Shown here in pieces: positions 20,808 through 30,154 of a DNA stretch of 49,017 nucleotides. Within the stretch, counting starts at the first letter, position 1. Each line of letters starts with the position of its first letter. The stretch lies in contig JAHFCG010000003.1 in the NCBI GenBank assembly GCA_023249615.1, positions 1 to 49,017 of the forward strand. The letters run 5' to 3'. The DNA is from a candidate division FCPU426 bacterium. Its GTDB lineage: Bacteria; Oederibacteriota; Muellerivitia; Muellerivitales; Muellerivitaceae. The translations under genes and the position numbers were made by a program. The notes beneath the pieces are model-generated. The model was given only the letters and a program-made list of their open reading frames with translations, made no database searches and was not told the origin of the DNA.

Positions 20808-21284
20808 TTATTCAAACCCGTAAAACGAATAAGGAATGGACTTGGAATCAGAAACGGTGCTGTTTACAAAAACATTGCCCATCGTACTGTCATAAAGCCA
20901 ACCGGTTGTCCCCGTGGTGGGGACACCCGTTGCCGCCGTCATGGCCAAATTGGAACCCGCGGGGCTTGGAGCACCCGCCACAAATGCTCCTGTTACCTTC
21001 ACGAGGGGAATATTATCCATATATCGGCTAAACGCGAAATTAGTCGCGGATTGAAGGGTTGTGGGCCATTTACCCTCGGTATCTCCATAATAAATGGACG
21101 CAGCGGATTTTAGGCTTCCAAGGTTTCCTTTGGTGGATCCTTCCCTGGACTTTTCAAGCATTTGGGCGAAGCGGGGAATGGCGATGGCGGCGAGAATTCC
21201 AATGATGGCAACCACAATCATTAATTCAATGAGGGTAAAACCCGCTTCACCTAAAAAAAATAATATTTTTTTAAAATTGTAAAT
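20808..21284 (-). CDS. Type IV pilin/pseudopilin; start uncertain (possibly ATT at 21284)
   Basis: In-frame EAG|FTLIELMIVVAIIGILAAIAIP prepilin motif upstream of the ORF-track Met at 21221. Confidence 0.85.
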   Translation of the reverse strand: MYNFKKILFFLGEAGFTLIELMIVVAIIGILAAIAIPRFAQMLEKSREGSTKGNLGSLKSAASIYYGDTEGKWPTTLQSATNFAFSRYMDNIPLVKVTGAFVAGAPSPAGSNLAMTAATGVPTTGTTGWLYDSTMGNVFVNSTVSDSKSIPYSFYGFE

Positions 21285-21468
21285 GAGGGGGGTTCCTTCG
21301 CCTGAAAAAATCCTACCAAGCTGTATTTATTTTAATTTCGAACCTATTTTACCTCGGGAATTTTGAAGGGGTTCAAATTTTTATAAAAAAGCGATTTTTC
21401 TTGTTAAATAATGAGAAAAAAGAGAAATTGTTGGTTTTTTATTTCACAATTTCCAAGGGTATTTTAAT

Positions 21469-23475
21469 TTAAAGGTTTTTAAGGCTTTCTTTCGCGGTTT
21501 TCACCACGTTTTCCACGGTGAAGCCGAGGTTTTTCATGGCTACAGGCCCGGGAGCGCTGGCGCCGAATCGGTCGAGCGTTACGAATTTTCCATTCGTTCC
21601 CACCCAGCGGTGCCAGCCAAAGGAAGAAGCGGCTTCCACCGCCACGCGGGCTTTTACGGAAGAGGGAAGAACCTCGTTTTGATATTGAGAGTTTTGGGAA
21701 GCGAAAAGCTCAAGGGAAGGGGCGCTGACAACGCGTGTGGCAACTCCTTCCTTCTCCAAGGCCTCCTGGGCCTTTACGCAAAGCTGAACTTCAGAGCCGG
21801 TTCCGATAAGAATAACCTGGGGCTTTCCATCTTTGGCCTCCGAAAGTACATAGGCGCCTTTCAAGGTGCCGGAGGCGGGGGCAAACTTGGTTCGGTCAAA
21901 GGTGGGAATGTCCTGTCGGGTGAAAACCAAGGCTGTGGGGGCATTCTTGCGTTGAAGGGCGATGAGCCAGGAATAGGAAACCTCGTTGGCGTCCCCGGGC
22001 CGAAGGACCACCCCGTTGGGCGTGGAACGCATGGCGGCCAGGGTCTCAACAGGCTGGTGGGTGGGGCCGTCCTCGCCCTGACCGATGGAATCGTGGGTAA
22101 AGACAAAGATGGACTGAACACCCATCAAATGGGCCAAACGATAAGCGGGTTTCATATAGTCGTTAAACATCAGGAAGGTACCGCCGAAGGGGATTACCCC
22201 GCCGTGCAGGGCCATGCCGTTCAAGGCCGCGGCCATTCCGTGTTCCCGGACACCAAAGTGAATGATGCGTCCGAGGTAATTATCGGCCTCAAAATCTCCG
22301 CCCTGTTCAATGGTGGTGTTGTTGGAACCGGCCAGGTCAGCGGAGCCCCCCAGGAAGAAAGGAACTTCCTTGGCGATGGCGTTAATGACCTTGTGGGAAG
22401 AAACACGGCTCGCCAAACCCTTCTCGTCGGCTGGGAAAACCGGCAGTTTTTGTTCCAAATCGGCTGGTAATTCCTTGGCTAAAGCCTGGGAGAACTGTTT
22501 GTATTTGTCCGCGTTGGTCTTGGCGTAAGCGTCGCGTTTTGCATTCCAATCCGCTTCCACCTTTTTACCCTTGTCCACCGACTCCAGGCAGCGTTTCTTG
22601 GCGTCGTCAGGAATATAAAAAGTGGGCTCCAAGGGCCACTTCAAGAATTCCTTGGTTTTCTTGATGTCGTCCGGAGAAAGAGGAGAGCCGTGAACCTTGG
22701 CTGTGTTTTGCAAGGGGCTTCCGTAACCGATGATCGAACGAACGGCAATAATGGAGGGGCGGGTTGTTTCAGCGTTTGCCTCAGCCATGGCCTTATCTAG
22801 GGCGTCCAAATCGTTTCCGTCGGCGACCTTAAGAACGTGCCAGCCATAAGACTCAAACCGTTTCAGTACATCCTCGGTGTAGGCCAGTTTGGTGTCGCCC
22901 TCGATGGAAATATGATTGTCGTCGTAAATGACTTTGATCTGGGAAAGTTTTAAATGACCCGCCATGGAACCGGCCTCATGAGAAGCCCCTTCCATAAGAT
23001 CGCCGTCGGAAGCGAGGACCCAGGTTTTATGGTTGACCAGCTCGTTTCCGAAACGCGCGGCAAGAATCCGCTCCGCCATGGCGAAACCCACCGCGGTCGC
23101 GATTCCTTGGCCCAGGGGACCGGTGGTGGTTTCCACTCCTTCCGTATGTCCATATTCGGGATGGCCGGGGGTTTTGCTTCCCCATTGGCGGAAGTTCTTG
23201 AGATCGTCCAAGGTGAGTTTGTAACCGTGAAGATGAAGGAGGGCATAAATCAACATGGAACCGTGGCCGGCGGATAAAACAAAACGGTCCCGATCCACCC
23301 ACTGGGGGTTGGAAGGGGAATGTTTCAGGTATCGGCTCCAAAGAATGTGCGCCGCGGGGGCCATGCCCATGGGCATGCCGGGATGGCCGGAGTTGGCCTG
23401 GCGGGTCGCGTCCACCGCAAGAAGGCGGATGGTGTTTACGGCAGACAGATCGGCCGCATCGAAAGGTTTAGACAT
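21469..23475 (-). CDS. tkt: Transketolase
   Basis: SGHPG, DRFVLSAGH, GPLGQG, DGDLMEG, THDSIGQGEDGPTHQP. Confidence 0.98.
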   Translation of the reverse strand: MSKPFDAADLSAVNTIRLLAVDATRQANSGHPGMPMGMAPAAHILWSRYLKHSPSNPQWVDRDRFVLSAGHGSMLIYALLHLHGYKLTLDDLKNFRQWGSKTPGHPEYGHTEGVETTTGPLGQGIATAVGFAMAERILAARFGNELVNHKTWVLASDGDLMEGASHEAGSMAGHLKLSQIKVIYDDNHISIEGDTKLAYTEDVLKRFESYGWHVLKVADGNDLDALDKAMAEANAETTRPSIIAVRSIIGYGSPLQNTAKVHGSPLSPDDIKKTKEFLKWPLEPTFYIPDDAKKRCLESVDKGKKVEADWNAKRDAYAKTNADKYKQFSQALAKELPADLEQKLPVFPADEKGLASRVSSHKVINAIAKEVPFFLGGSADLAGSNNTTIEQGGDFEADNYLGRIIHFGVREHGMAAALNGMALHGGVIPFGGTFLMFNDYMKPAYRLAHLMGVQSIFVFTHDSIGQGEDGPTHQPVETLAAMRSTPNGVVLRPGDANEVSYSWLIALQRKNAPTALVFTRQDIPTFDRTKFAPASGTLKGAYVLSEAKDGKPQVILIGTGSEVQLCVKAQEALEKEGVATRVVSAPSLELFASQNSQYQNEVLPSSVKARVAVEAASSFGWHRWVGTNGKFVTLDRFGASAPGPVAMKNLGFTVENVVKTAKESLKNL

Positions 23476-23535
23476 TTCAGGCTCCTTGAATTTAATTGAG
23501 TTTAAACGGAACTGGTATTTCTGCTGTTGGGGATT

Positions 23536-24003
23536 TTATTTCCCGTTGAGGGGTTTGCGGTTTTGAAAGCCGCTCTGCAGAGTATGCCAATGGCGGATTT
23601 CGGCTTCGCCTTCCTTCCAGCAGAGGAACACAATTTCCTGGCCCCGGCGGCTGTAAAAATCAACCAGTCCGGTGTCCAGGTCCTTCAAGTGGGCCCCCAG
23701 CTGATACAGGTCCTCTAATTTTTCCTCAAACTGCTTGGTTTGGAGATGAAAGGCGTCCATTTGTTTCGCGATGGCGGCCTGCGCCGCGAGGGTTAGTTGG
23801 CCGTTGGGATCCGTTCCCGTCATTTCCTCAATTTCTATCTGGGCCTGGGTGCGAAGGACTACGCTGCGTTGTTCCCGGAGGGTTTTCAAATAGAGGCGGA
23901 CCTTGGGAAGAAGAGAGTTGGCTTCCTGAACCGTCAGCATTTTGATTTTTTGTTTTTCGTTCGACATGGCGTCCCTTAAGATTTCGGGATAACTTTCAAT
24001 CAT
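23536..24003 (-). CDS. DUF2203 family protein
   Basis: TVQEANSLLP...LKDLDTGLVDF...LCWKEGE..I.HWH....GF..RK. Confidence 0.85.
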   Translation of the reverse strand: MIESYPEILRDAMSNEKQKIKMLTVQEANSLLPKVRLYLKTLREQRSVVLRTQAQIEIEEMTGTDPNGQLTLAAQAAIAKQMDAFHLQTKQFEEKLEDLYQLGAHLKDLDTGLVDFYSRRGQEIVFLCWKEGEAEIRHWHTLQSGFQNRKPLNGK

Positions 24004-24165
24004 TTTATGTTTGGCTTAAGAGGCAAACAAGATTAAATGTCACTTAAAACAAGAAAAACACAAGAAACCATAAGGCAAAGTTTCTTTTTTTCTGCCGATA
24101 AAATCCGATTAAGGCCGATAAAGCTGAAGTCTTTAACGTTTAAAGTCTATATCAGTGTCCATTCA

Positions 24166-24217
24166 CCTTCACGAAAAGCTACTGGCTTCGCCAAGGCGAC
24201 GCCAGACAAGTCGGCCG
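24166..24217. repeat. CTTCGCCAAGGC-type palindromic element, apparently nested
   Basis: ccttcacgaaaagctac [tggcttcgccaaggcgacgccagacaag] tcggccg. Confidence 0.55.
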
Positions 24218-24639
24218 TTACCGGTGGTTACTAATTCATTTTTAGAAAGATTTTGATTTGGGGTTTGGAAGAATATTTAGGCGGCGGATGGAATGCGGAA
24301 TTCCGGCTCCTTCCCTTTAAAACCGTCAACCCTGAGCGAAAGGTCAGCGGGGCCGAAAGCTCTTCATTCGCCTGTTTCCCTGGAATCCTGCCATGGGGTT
24401 TAAGGAGATTTTTCAAACAGGGGAATGAAAATATCCGGTTTTGCCTTTATGGTTTGGCCAGCCGGAAATTAAAACCTCGGCGAAAACTTCCCGGGGGCGG
24501 GCGGAACAACGCGTTTTCCAGCGGATTCCCCTCTAAAAAATTTTGGGAAGGACTTGATCCTGATAAGTCACCTAAAGATACTACTACCCTCTCAAAGGCA
24601 GTGAAGGTCGAGAAGGTTCAATATTAAAAGGAGGAAGCG

Positions 24640-25161
24640 ATGCCAGCTCAAGTTGGACAAAAAGCCCCTGACTTTCAGGGCGAAGCGGTCATGCCGGGCG
24701 GTGAATTCAAGGAAATCAAGCTTTCGGATTACAAGGGTAAATGGGTGGTTTTGTTTTTCTATCCCCTCGACTTCACCTTCGTCTGCCCGACCGAAATCAA
24801 GGCCTTCAATGAGAAGTTCGACGAGTTCAAGAAAATGGGAGCTGAAATCATCACCTGCTCCACCGACAGCAAATTCAGCCACAAGGCCTGGCAGGAAAAG
24901 GATCTGGGGAAACTCAAGTTCCCCCATCTGGCTGATAACAACCACCAGATCTCCCGCGCCTACGGCGTGTTGATTGAGGACAAGGGGTTTGCCTTGCGCG
25001 GAACCTTCATCATCGATCCGGACGGAAACCTGAAGCATTCCACCGTGAACGACACGGCTGTCGGACGCAACGTGGAAGAAACCATCCGCACCTTAGCGGC
25101 CTTCGAGACCGGCAAGTTGACGGGCTGCGGCTGGACCCCGGGAGCCAAGACGCTTAACTGA
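24640..25161 (+). CDS. ahpC: Peroxiredoxin, AhpC/Prx1 subfamily
   Basis: FFYPLDFTFVCPTE, RGTFIIDP, GRNVEE; RBS AGGAGG. Confidence 0.9.
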   Translation: MPAQVGQKAPDFQGEAVMPGGEFKEIKLSDYKGKWVVLFFYPLDFTFVCPTEIKAFNEKFDEFKKMGAEIITCSTDSKFSHKAWQEKDLGKLKFPHLADNNHQISRAYGVLIEDKGFALRGTFIIDPDGNLKHSTVNDTAVGRNVEETIRTLAAFETGKLTGCGWTPGAKTLN

Positions 25162-25193
25162 CGGAATCACCAAAAAGAATTTTGAAAAGATTC

Positions 25194-25245
25194 TGTCATC
25201 CCGAGGAGCAACGCCGATAGGCTTGGTTTGCGACGTGGGGATCTC
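25194..25245. repeat. TGTCATCCCG...GGGATCTC-type palindromic element
   Basis: tgtcatcccgaggagcaacg...cgacgtggggatctc. Confidence 0.6.
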
Positions 25246-25252
25246 AGGTTTT

Positions 25253-25286
25253 AAGGGGAGGCGGAAAATCCGCCTCCCTTTTTTTA
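25253..25286 (+). terminator. Intrinsic terminator after the peroxiredoxin gene
   Basis: gggaggcgga-aaa-tccgcctccc followed by a T-run. Confidence 0.85.
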
Positions 25287-26423
25287 TTGTGAAGGTCTGG
25301 ACGTCGTTACATCTCCCGGATCCGCGGGCAATTGGATTTCGTCCCTCTGGCTATAAACGGTTGTTTTGCCCTTTAACATCGGGAAGAAAAGGCGGTTGGA
25401 AAGGCGGGGAGTGTAGAGATAGTTCGACATTCCGGCGCCCTTTTGAGTCGCGCCGTTTTGGGTCCATTCGATTAAATCCTCGAAAATTAAGGACGCGGGG
25501 CCGTCACTTAAAATTTTTTGATGTTTTATTTTCAGGGAATGAATATCCGTGAAGCCCAGCGTTTTCTGGTAGGGGAGCCAGAAGAAATTACGCCGGTTTT
25601 GGGAGAGGTTATAGGCCACATCCCAAACCTGAATATCCTTTTGGGGTCCGGTCAAAAAAAGTCCGTGGGCTGAATCCTGATGGTCGGCGGGACATTGAAC
25701 GGAATAAATCAAGGTTTCATCACCCAGATAAGCCCTGCCCCAATGCCAGGCTTTCACAAAGCGGTCGAGAGGGACCGATCCATAATGGTGGTCACGGTAA
25801 CCCCTGCCCAAAAAGCCCTGTTTCTTAACCACTTCCCCCGCGGTGTCGCACCATTCCAGCGTCCCTTCCACATGGCAGCGGGGGGCGGCCAAAACACAGG
25901 TATGGGTCGAGGGGATTTCGGGTTTGGGAAGATTGGGAATGTTTCCCATTTCAGGGGTAAAGAACAAACGGGCCCGCAAAAGTTTTTTACCACCTCGTAT
26001 TGGAGCCTGAACCGTAAGGACATAGGAGGGGGGATCGCCACTTTCATCCCAGTTGAACCGGTTGGGACCAAGCATGACAGCGGATTGTTTTTCGGAGGCT
26101 TTTAAAAAATGGGAGGAAAATTCCTGAAGGGCCTCTCCCGCTAACCGGCCGTTATGAAAAATTCGGAAGGCCACACCGCAGAAATCCGTGGGGTTTGGTG
26201 GTTGGGGCATGGAGCCGGAGTCTATTAAGGGGGATTTAGTTTTTTGCCAGTAGGTTTTTAGGCTATCTTGATAATAAGCTGAGGTGAGGTTGCCGGCGAA
26301 AAATTGGATGGAAAAGGCGTAGCCATTCTTTTCATCGGTGCCGTCAAAATGCCACCACTCATAAGCGCCGGGTGATTTTTGGGGCCGGTGGAAATCCTGC
26401 TCAATTCCCGAAAGAAGGTTCAT
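25284..26423 (-). CDS. Carotenoid 1,2-hydratase (CrtC-like)
   Basis: PGAYEWWHFD, GRGYRDHHYG, WHWGR motifs; adjacent to a CrtQ/CruC-like glycosyltransferase. Confidence 0.7.
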   Translation of the reverse strand: MNLLSGIEQDFHRPQKSPGAYEWWHFDGTDEKNGYAFSIQFFAGNLTSAYYQDSLKTYWQKTKSPLIDSGSMPQPPNPTDFCGVAFRIFHNGRLAGEALQEFSSHFLKASEKQSAVMLGPNRFNWDESGDPPSYVLTVQAPIRGGKKLLRARLFFTPEMGNIPNLPKPEIPSTHTCVLAAPRCHVEGTLEWCDTAGEVVKKQGFLGRGYRDHHYGSVPLDRFVKAWHWGRAYLGDETLIYSVQCPADHQDSAHGLFLTGPQKDIQVWDVAYNLSQNRRNFFWLPYQKTLGFTDIHSLKIKHQKILSDGPASLIFEDLIEWTQNGATQKGAGMSNYLYTPRLSNRLFFPMLKGKTTVYSQRDEIQLPADPGDVTTSRPSQ

Positions 26424-26426
26424 TCC

Positions 26427-27554
26427 GTGGTCATCCTTGCCTATTACTGGTGGTTTTTGGCGGCTTATCTCATTTACTGCGCCTGGGAAAACACCCGCTT
26501 GTTCATCAAGCCAACCGCGCCTGACCCCAAAAGAAAAAAATGGCCCTTTGTTTCCATCCTGATACCGGCCCGTAACGAGGAACTCCGAATCAAACCCTGT
26601 CTGGAAGGGATGTTATCACAAGACTATCCGTCTTATGAGATTTTGGTACTGGACGACCGTTCCACCGATAAAACCCCTCAGGTTGTCCGGGGTTTCGGGG
26701 CGGGCAAGGTGAAGGTGTTGCGGGGAAAACCCCTTCCCCCGGGTTGGCTGGGAAAGCCATGGGCTTGCCAACAATTGGCCCAAGAGGCAAAAGGAGAATG
26801 GCTTTTTTTCACGGACGCGGATACATGGCATAAGCCCGAAATGTTGAAGCGGACGGTCCAGATGGCGGAACAGAAAAAGGCCGATGTGCTTTCGTTGTTT
26901 ACCCGCCAAGTCACGAAAACCTGGATGGAAGCACTGGTTATTCCTGTGATGGCCTATACCCTGCTCGCGTTTCTGCCAACCCGTTGGTCCCTGGGGAGAA
27001 ACCGATTTTTTAACCGTTTTGCCGGCGTCAGCGGCCAATTTGTTTTTATCAAAAGAAAGGTGTATCAGGATTTTGGGGGCCACGAGACCGTCAAGGGAGA
27101 GATTGTGGAGGATTTAAATTTTGGAAAAGAAGTTGTACAAAGGGGTTACCGGCTTGTGTTGGGGGATGGGAGCGATTTTTCCTATTGCCGGATGTACACC
27201 AACGCGAAAGAGGTGTGGGAAGGGTTTTCAAAGAACTTTTTCCCCGCGTTGAAATTTTCCATATTTTATTTTTTAAACGCTTTGGTGGCTTTGATTTTGG
27301 ACGGGGTTGTGCCATTTGCGGTCCTGTGTTTCGGTAAAAATTATCCGTTGTTTTGGCCGGCCCTTTCATTGGCCATTGTTTCAATCAGCGTCAGGGCCCT
27401 CCAGTCGGGGAAGTATGGTTTTCACAAGGGGTCGGTTTTATTCCATCCCGTCGGATGTTTTCTCTTCGCCTTGATCGGATTTAATTCCCTCCGGTGGTTT
27501 TGGTTCGATAAGGGCCATTGGAAGGGGCGGATTCTTCGGCCAAAACAAGAATGA
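26427..27554 (+). CDS. GT2 glycosyltransferase, carotenoid glycosyltransferase-like (CrtQ/CruC)
   Basis: VSILIPARNEE, DDRSTD, LPPGWLGKPWAC, FTDAD, IVED, CRMY, GFSKN; GTG start at 26427 inferred. Confidence 0.85.
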   Translation: MVILAYYWWFLAAYLIYCAWENTRLFIKPTAPDPKRKKWPFVSILIPARNEELRIKPCLEGMLSQDYPSYEILVLDDRSTDKTPQVVRGFGAGKVKVLRGKPLPPGWLGKPWACQQLAQEAKGEWLFFTDADTWHKPEMLKRTVQMAEQKKADVLSLFTRQVTKTWMEALVIPVMAYTLLAFLPTRWSLGRNRFFNRFAGVSGQFVFIKRKVYQDFGGHETVKGEIVEDLNFGKEVVQRGYRLVLGDGSDFSYCRMYTNAKEVWEGFSKNFFPALKFSIFYFLNALVALILDGVVPFAVLCFGKNYPLFWPALSLAIVSISVRALQSGKYGFHKGSVLFHPVGCFLFALIGFNSLRWFWFDKGHWKGRILRPKQE

Positions 27555-27569
27555 TTTTAGGTTTGGAAA

Positions 27570-28424
27570 TTATTTCGAGTAAATTGACGTCCCAAAAGCG
27601 ACCACCTCAAAATTTTCCTTCGTGGTCTTGTCAAACCCCTGAATCGTTTGCTTGGCCAAAAAACCGGTTTCTTCCCGGAAATAAAAAAAATAACGGTTGT
27701 CCGTGGAGGTGATTGCCCCAAGTTTGGGGTTTTCGTTGGAGCCAAAAAGTCTTTCGACAAATTCCCCTGATAATTCGCCCGGAAATTTTAAGCCGTTAAA
27801 CGCACCACGGTCCATGTTGGCGACCTGTGTTCCTTGATTTCCTCCGGGGCTGATGGTCCAAAAAGCCAATTTGTCCTTTCCTTCGCTTAACATGCAAAAA
27901 AGGGAACCGCCATCCTTTGACAATTTCATGTTTCCCGTTTCGGGGGTTTGTCCGCCCGTTTGAATATCGGGAAAGTCAAAAATTGAGGCCGCCTTTTTTT
28001 CCTGATAATCGTAAACAATCAAATGGTTCATATTCAGGAAGTAAACCTTTTGGCCGTCGGTGGACCAGACAGGACAGCAAACACTGCTCATCTGGGATCC
28101 CTGTGACAAGGCTTGGGGATTAAAAACCGTTTTGGGTTTTCCCTGGGATTCAAAATTGCCGTCCAAATTGAAGATTGTGATTTGAAAATCCTTGTCATAA
28201 ACGCAGGCAACCTTGGTTTTGTCGGGGGAGAGGACAGGCTGGTAATAATAGCCGCCGATGACCTTTTGTTTCAGGGTTCCGTCGCCCCGAAGGATATAAA
28301 GACCGTCACCGTTGCCGTAGGCGAACAGGACGTCGCGGGGGCCCCTGCCCGGGGAGTTGTCGGAACAACCTGAAATGAGGGGGAAAAACAAAAAGGGAAG
28401 AAGGGCTGGTTTCAAAAATCGCAA
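27570..28424 (-). CDS. Lipoprotein with TolB/PD40-like beta-propeller repeats
   Basis: Signal ending ISGC; PVLSPDKTKVA, PVWSTDGQKVYF, LSKDG repeats; TTG start at 28424 inferred. Confidence 0.65.
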   Translation of the reverse strand: MRFLKPALLPFLFFPLISGCSDNSPGRGPRDVLFAYGNGDGLYILRGDGTLKQKVIGGYYYQPVLSPDKTKVACVYDKDFQITIFNLDGNFESQGKPKTVFNPQALSQGSQMSSVCCPVWSTDGQKVYFLNMNHLIVYDYQEKKAASIFDFPDIQTGGQTPETGNMKLSKDGGSLFCMLSEGKDKLAFWTISPGGNQGTQVANMDRGAFNGLKFPGELSGEFVERLFGSNENPKLGAITSTDNRYFFYFREETGFLAKQTIQGFDKTTKENFEVVAFGTSIYSK

Positions 28425-28449
28425 AAGGATTTCCTGGTATTTAAAACGT

Positions 28450-28899
28450 TTAGTTTTTTGGGGGAGGATTGGGACCCTGCTTTTTCTTCGCGATTTCATC
28501 CTGGACCAGTCGGATCCATTGTTTCGCGTCGGTCTTGGGGGCGGTGATGGGGGTTGGAACCAGAGGCCGCGGCGGGTTTCGGGCCGCCTCGATATTGGCC
28601 AACCGCGTTTTTTCCTTGGTCTTGTCAACGTAGGTTTTTTGAAGGTCGTCCAGGACTTCCCTGAGAACCTTCTTTTCCTCCACATTCAGGTTGCCGGCGG
28701 TTTTCTTGATGAGGGACCCGATCATATTGATGGTGATCCGGGCGCGGGGCAAATTGAGATCCTTGTCCTTGTAATAAGGATGGATCAGCTCTCCCAGGTC
28801 AATTTTCGCCGAGGAGGCCAGCATGACAATAAGGTCAATAAAGTAATAATCGGTGGTTCCCCACTCCCGGTTATCTTTGTAATTTTGTGGTTCAGCCAT
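28450..28899 (-). CDS. DUF1844 domain protein
   Basis: A..DLG...HP.......L..AR..I.M...L..KT.GNL..EE...L. Confidence 0.75.
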   Translation of the reverse strand: MAEPQNYKDNREWGTTDYYFIDLIVMLASSAKIDLGELIHPYYKDKDLNLPRARITINMIGSLIKKTAGNLNVEEKKVLREVLDDLQKTYVDKTKEKTRLANIEAARNPPRPLVPTPITAPKTDAKQWIRLVQDEIAKKKQGPNPPPKN

Positions 28900-28910
28900 G
28901 GAGTATCCCA

Positions 28911-29546
28911 CTATTCCCGTTCCCCGCTAATGGCGCGTACCGCCCGGATCCAAGCGTCCTGCTCCTTGCCCGAAACCTCATGAGAACGATGATAATCTTG
29001 TTTTTCCAGAAATTCATTTAAATCTTTTAGAAGCCGTTCAAGCGCTTTTTTGCCCGTTTCGTAAAGGTTTTTGCGGTGGGAGGGATTCAATTTTTGTTTC
29101 ATGACCTTTTCCAGGTGAATTAAACAAAGCATCCCCCGGTTTATAAAGGCTTCCCTGAGTTTTTCCGAAAGATTCCAACTGAAAGCGAATTGCTGGATTT
29201 GGGAAAGGTCCCGTTTTTTTTCGGATTCACAAAGAGGGCAGGATTTAACCTTGGTTCGGTTCCAAAACTTTGGCCCGGCGGAAAGTTCCCTCAACCCTTT
29301 TTCCAACAGGCTTTGGTAAATCACGCCCATTCCCAAATGTTTCCCCTGCTTGACCCCCAGCCAGGCGTGCCGGTTGCAGAAACCCCTCGATTGAAAAAGG
29401 GCCTCCCGGGTAATGGGATCGGTGACGGATTCCTCAAGGAGGGATTTCAGATGTTCGTGGACATAATCATGAAGGAGGAAACAAAGGGGACAACGATCCG
29501 TTTGAAGAACTTCGATGTAACGATCGGGATCCGCGAGAAGTGCCAT
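28911..29546 (-). CDS. DUF6062-like Cys/His-rich protein
   Basis: Two repeats of CPLC ... G(F/M)(L)C..H; FL.K.DY. Confidence 0.7.
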   Translation of the reverse strand: MALLADPDRYIEVLQTDRCPLCFLLHDYVHEHLKSLLEESVTDPITREALFQSRGFCNRHAWLGVKQGKHLGMGVIYQSLLEKGLRELSAGPKFWNRTKVKSCPLCESEKKRDLSQIQQFAFSWNLSEKLREAFINRGMLCLIHLEKVMKQKLNPSHRKNLYETGKKALERLLKDLNEFLEKQDYHRSHEVSGKEQDAWIRAVRAISGERE

Positions 29547-29569
29547 GAAGCGGTTTTATCGATTTCTCG

Positions 29570-30154
29570 TTAGAAGAGTTTTTTGGACCAAAAAGAAGGT
29601 TTGGAATCCGAATCATCCTCGATATTGTTTTTCACGCCCGTGAATCCGCTGACGGGGGAGAGGCCTCCCACGGGGGGGTTGGGTTGTCCGGAATCACCGG
29701 ACTGGTTTTTCGACCAGAAGAACCAGCCGATCCCGGCCACGGCGACAACGAGAACGGTCCAGAGAATCCAATGGGAGCCGCCTGTTTTGACGGGGGCCGC
29801 GGGAGTTTCCATCGCGGGGGTTTGATTGGGAGTGGTTTGAGGGGTTACTTCCGGGGTATTGGCGGCGGTGCTGGGGGTCAGGGTAATTTTGGTTCCCTTC
29901 GCGCCCTTGCTTCTTTTGATTTTTTCAACATAAGCGTTGATGGGGGTTCCATGGTTTTTTTCACTAGGCAATCCAATGTCCGTCGTTCCCGAGGAAACCG
30001 GTGTGGGGGTGGTTTCAGGGTTTAAAACTGTTTCAGAGGCTTTTTGGCTTTTGACGTTTCCAGATCCGCCGCAGGCGGGAAGCAGGACTACCGAGGAAGC
30101 CAGCATCGCGAGGAAGACGATTCGGTGAATAAGGGTGGTCAAGGACGTCTCCAA
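29570..30154 (-). CDS. Hypothetical lipoprotein with a Pro/Thr linker and a C-terminal TM helix
   Basis: LPAC lipobox; low-complexity middle; WILWTVLVVAVAGIGWFFW. Confidence 0.55.
   Translation of the reverse strand: METSLTTLIHRIVFLAMLASSVVLLPACGGSGNVKSQKASETVLNPETTPTPVSSGTTDIGLPSEKNHGTPINAYVEKIKRSKGAKGTKITLTPSTAANTPEVTPQTTPNQTPAMETPAAPVKTGGSHWILWTVLVVAVAGIGWFFWSKNQSGDSGQPNPPVGGLSPVSGFTGVKNNIEDDSDSKPSFWSKKLF

Noticed and set aside
24253-24627. 124-aa ORF upstream of the peroxiredoxin
   Set aside because: No motifs, no clear RBS and atypical composition
28425-28685. Arg/Lys-rich N-terminal extension of ORF 27570..28685
   Set aside because: It overlaps the DUF1844 gene in another frame; the signal peptide points to a start near 28424
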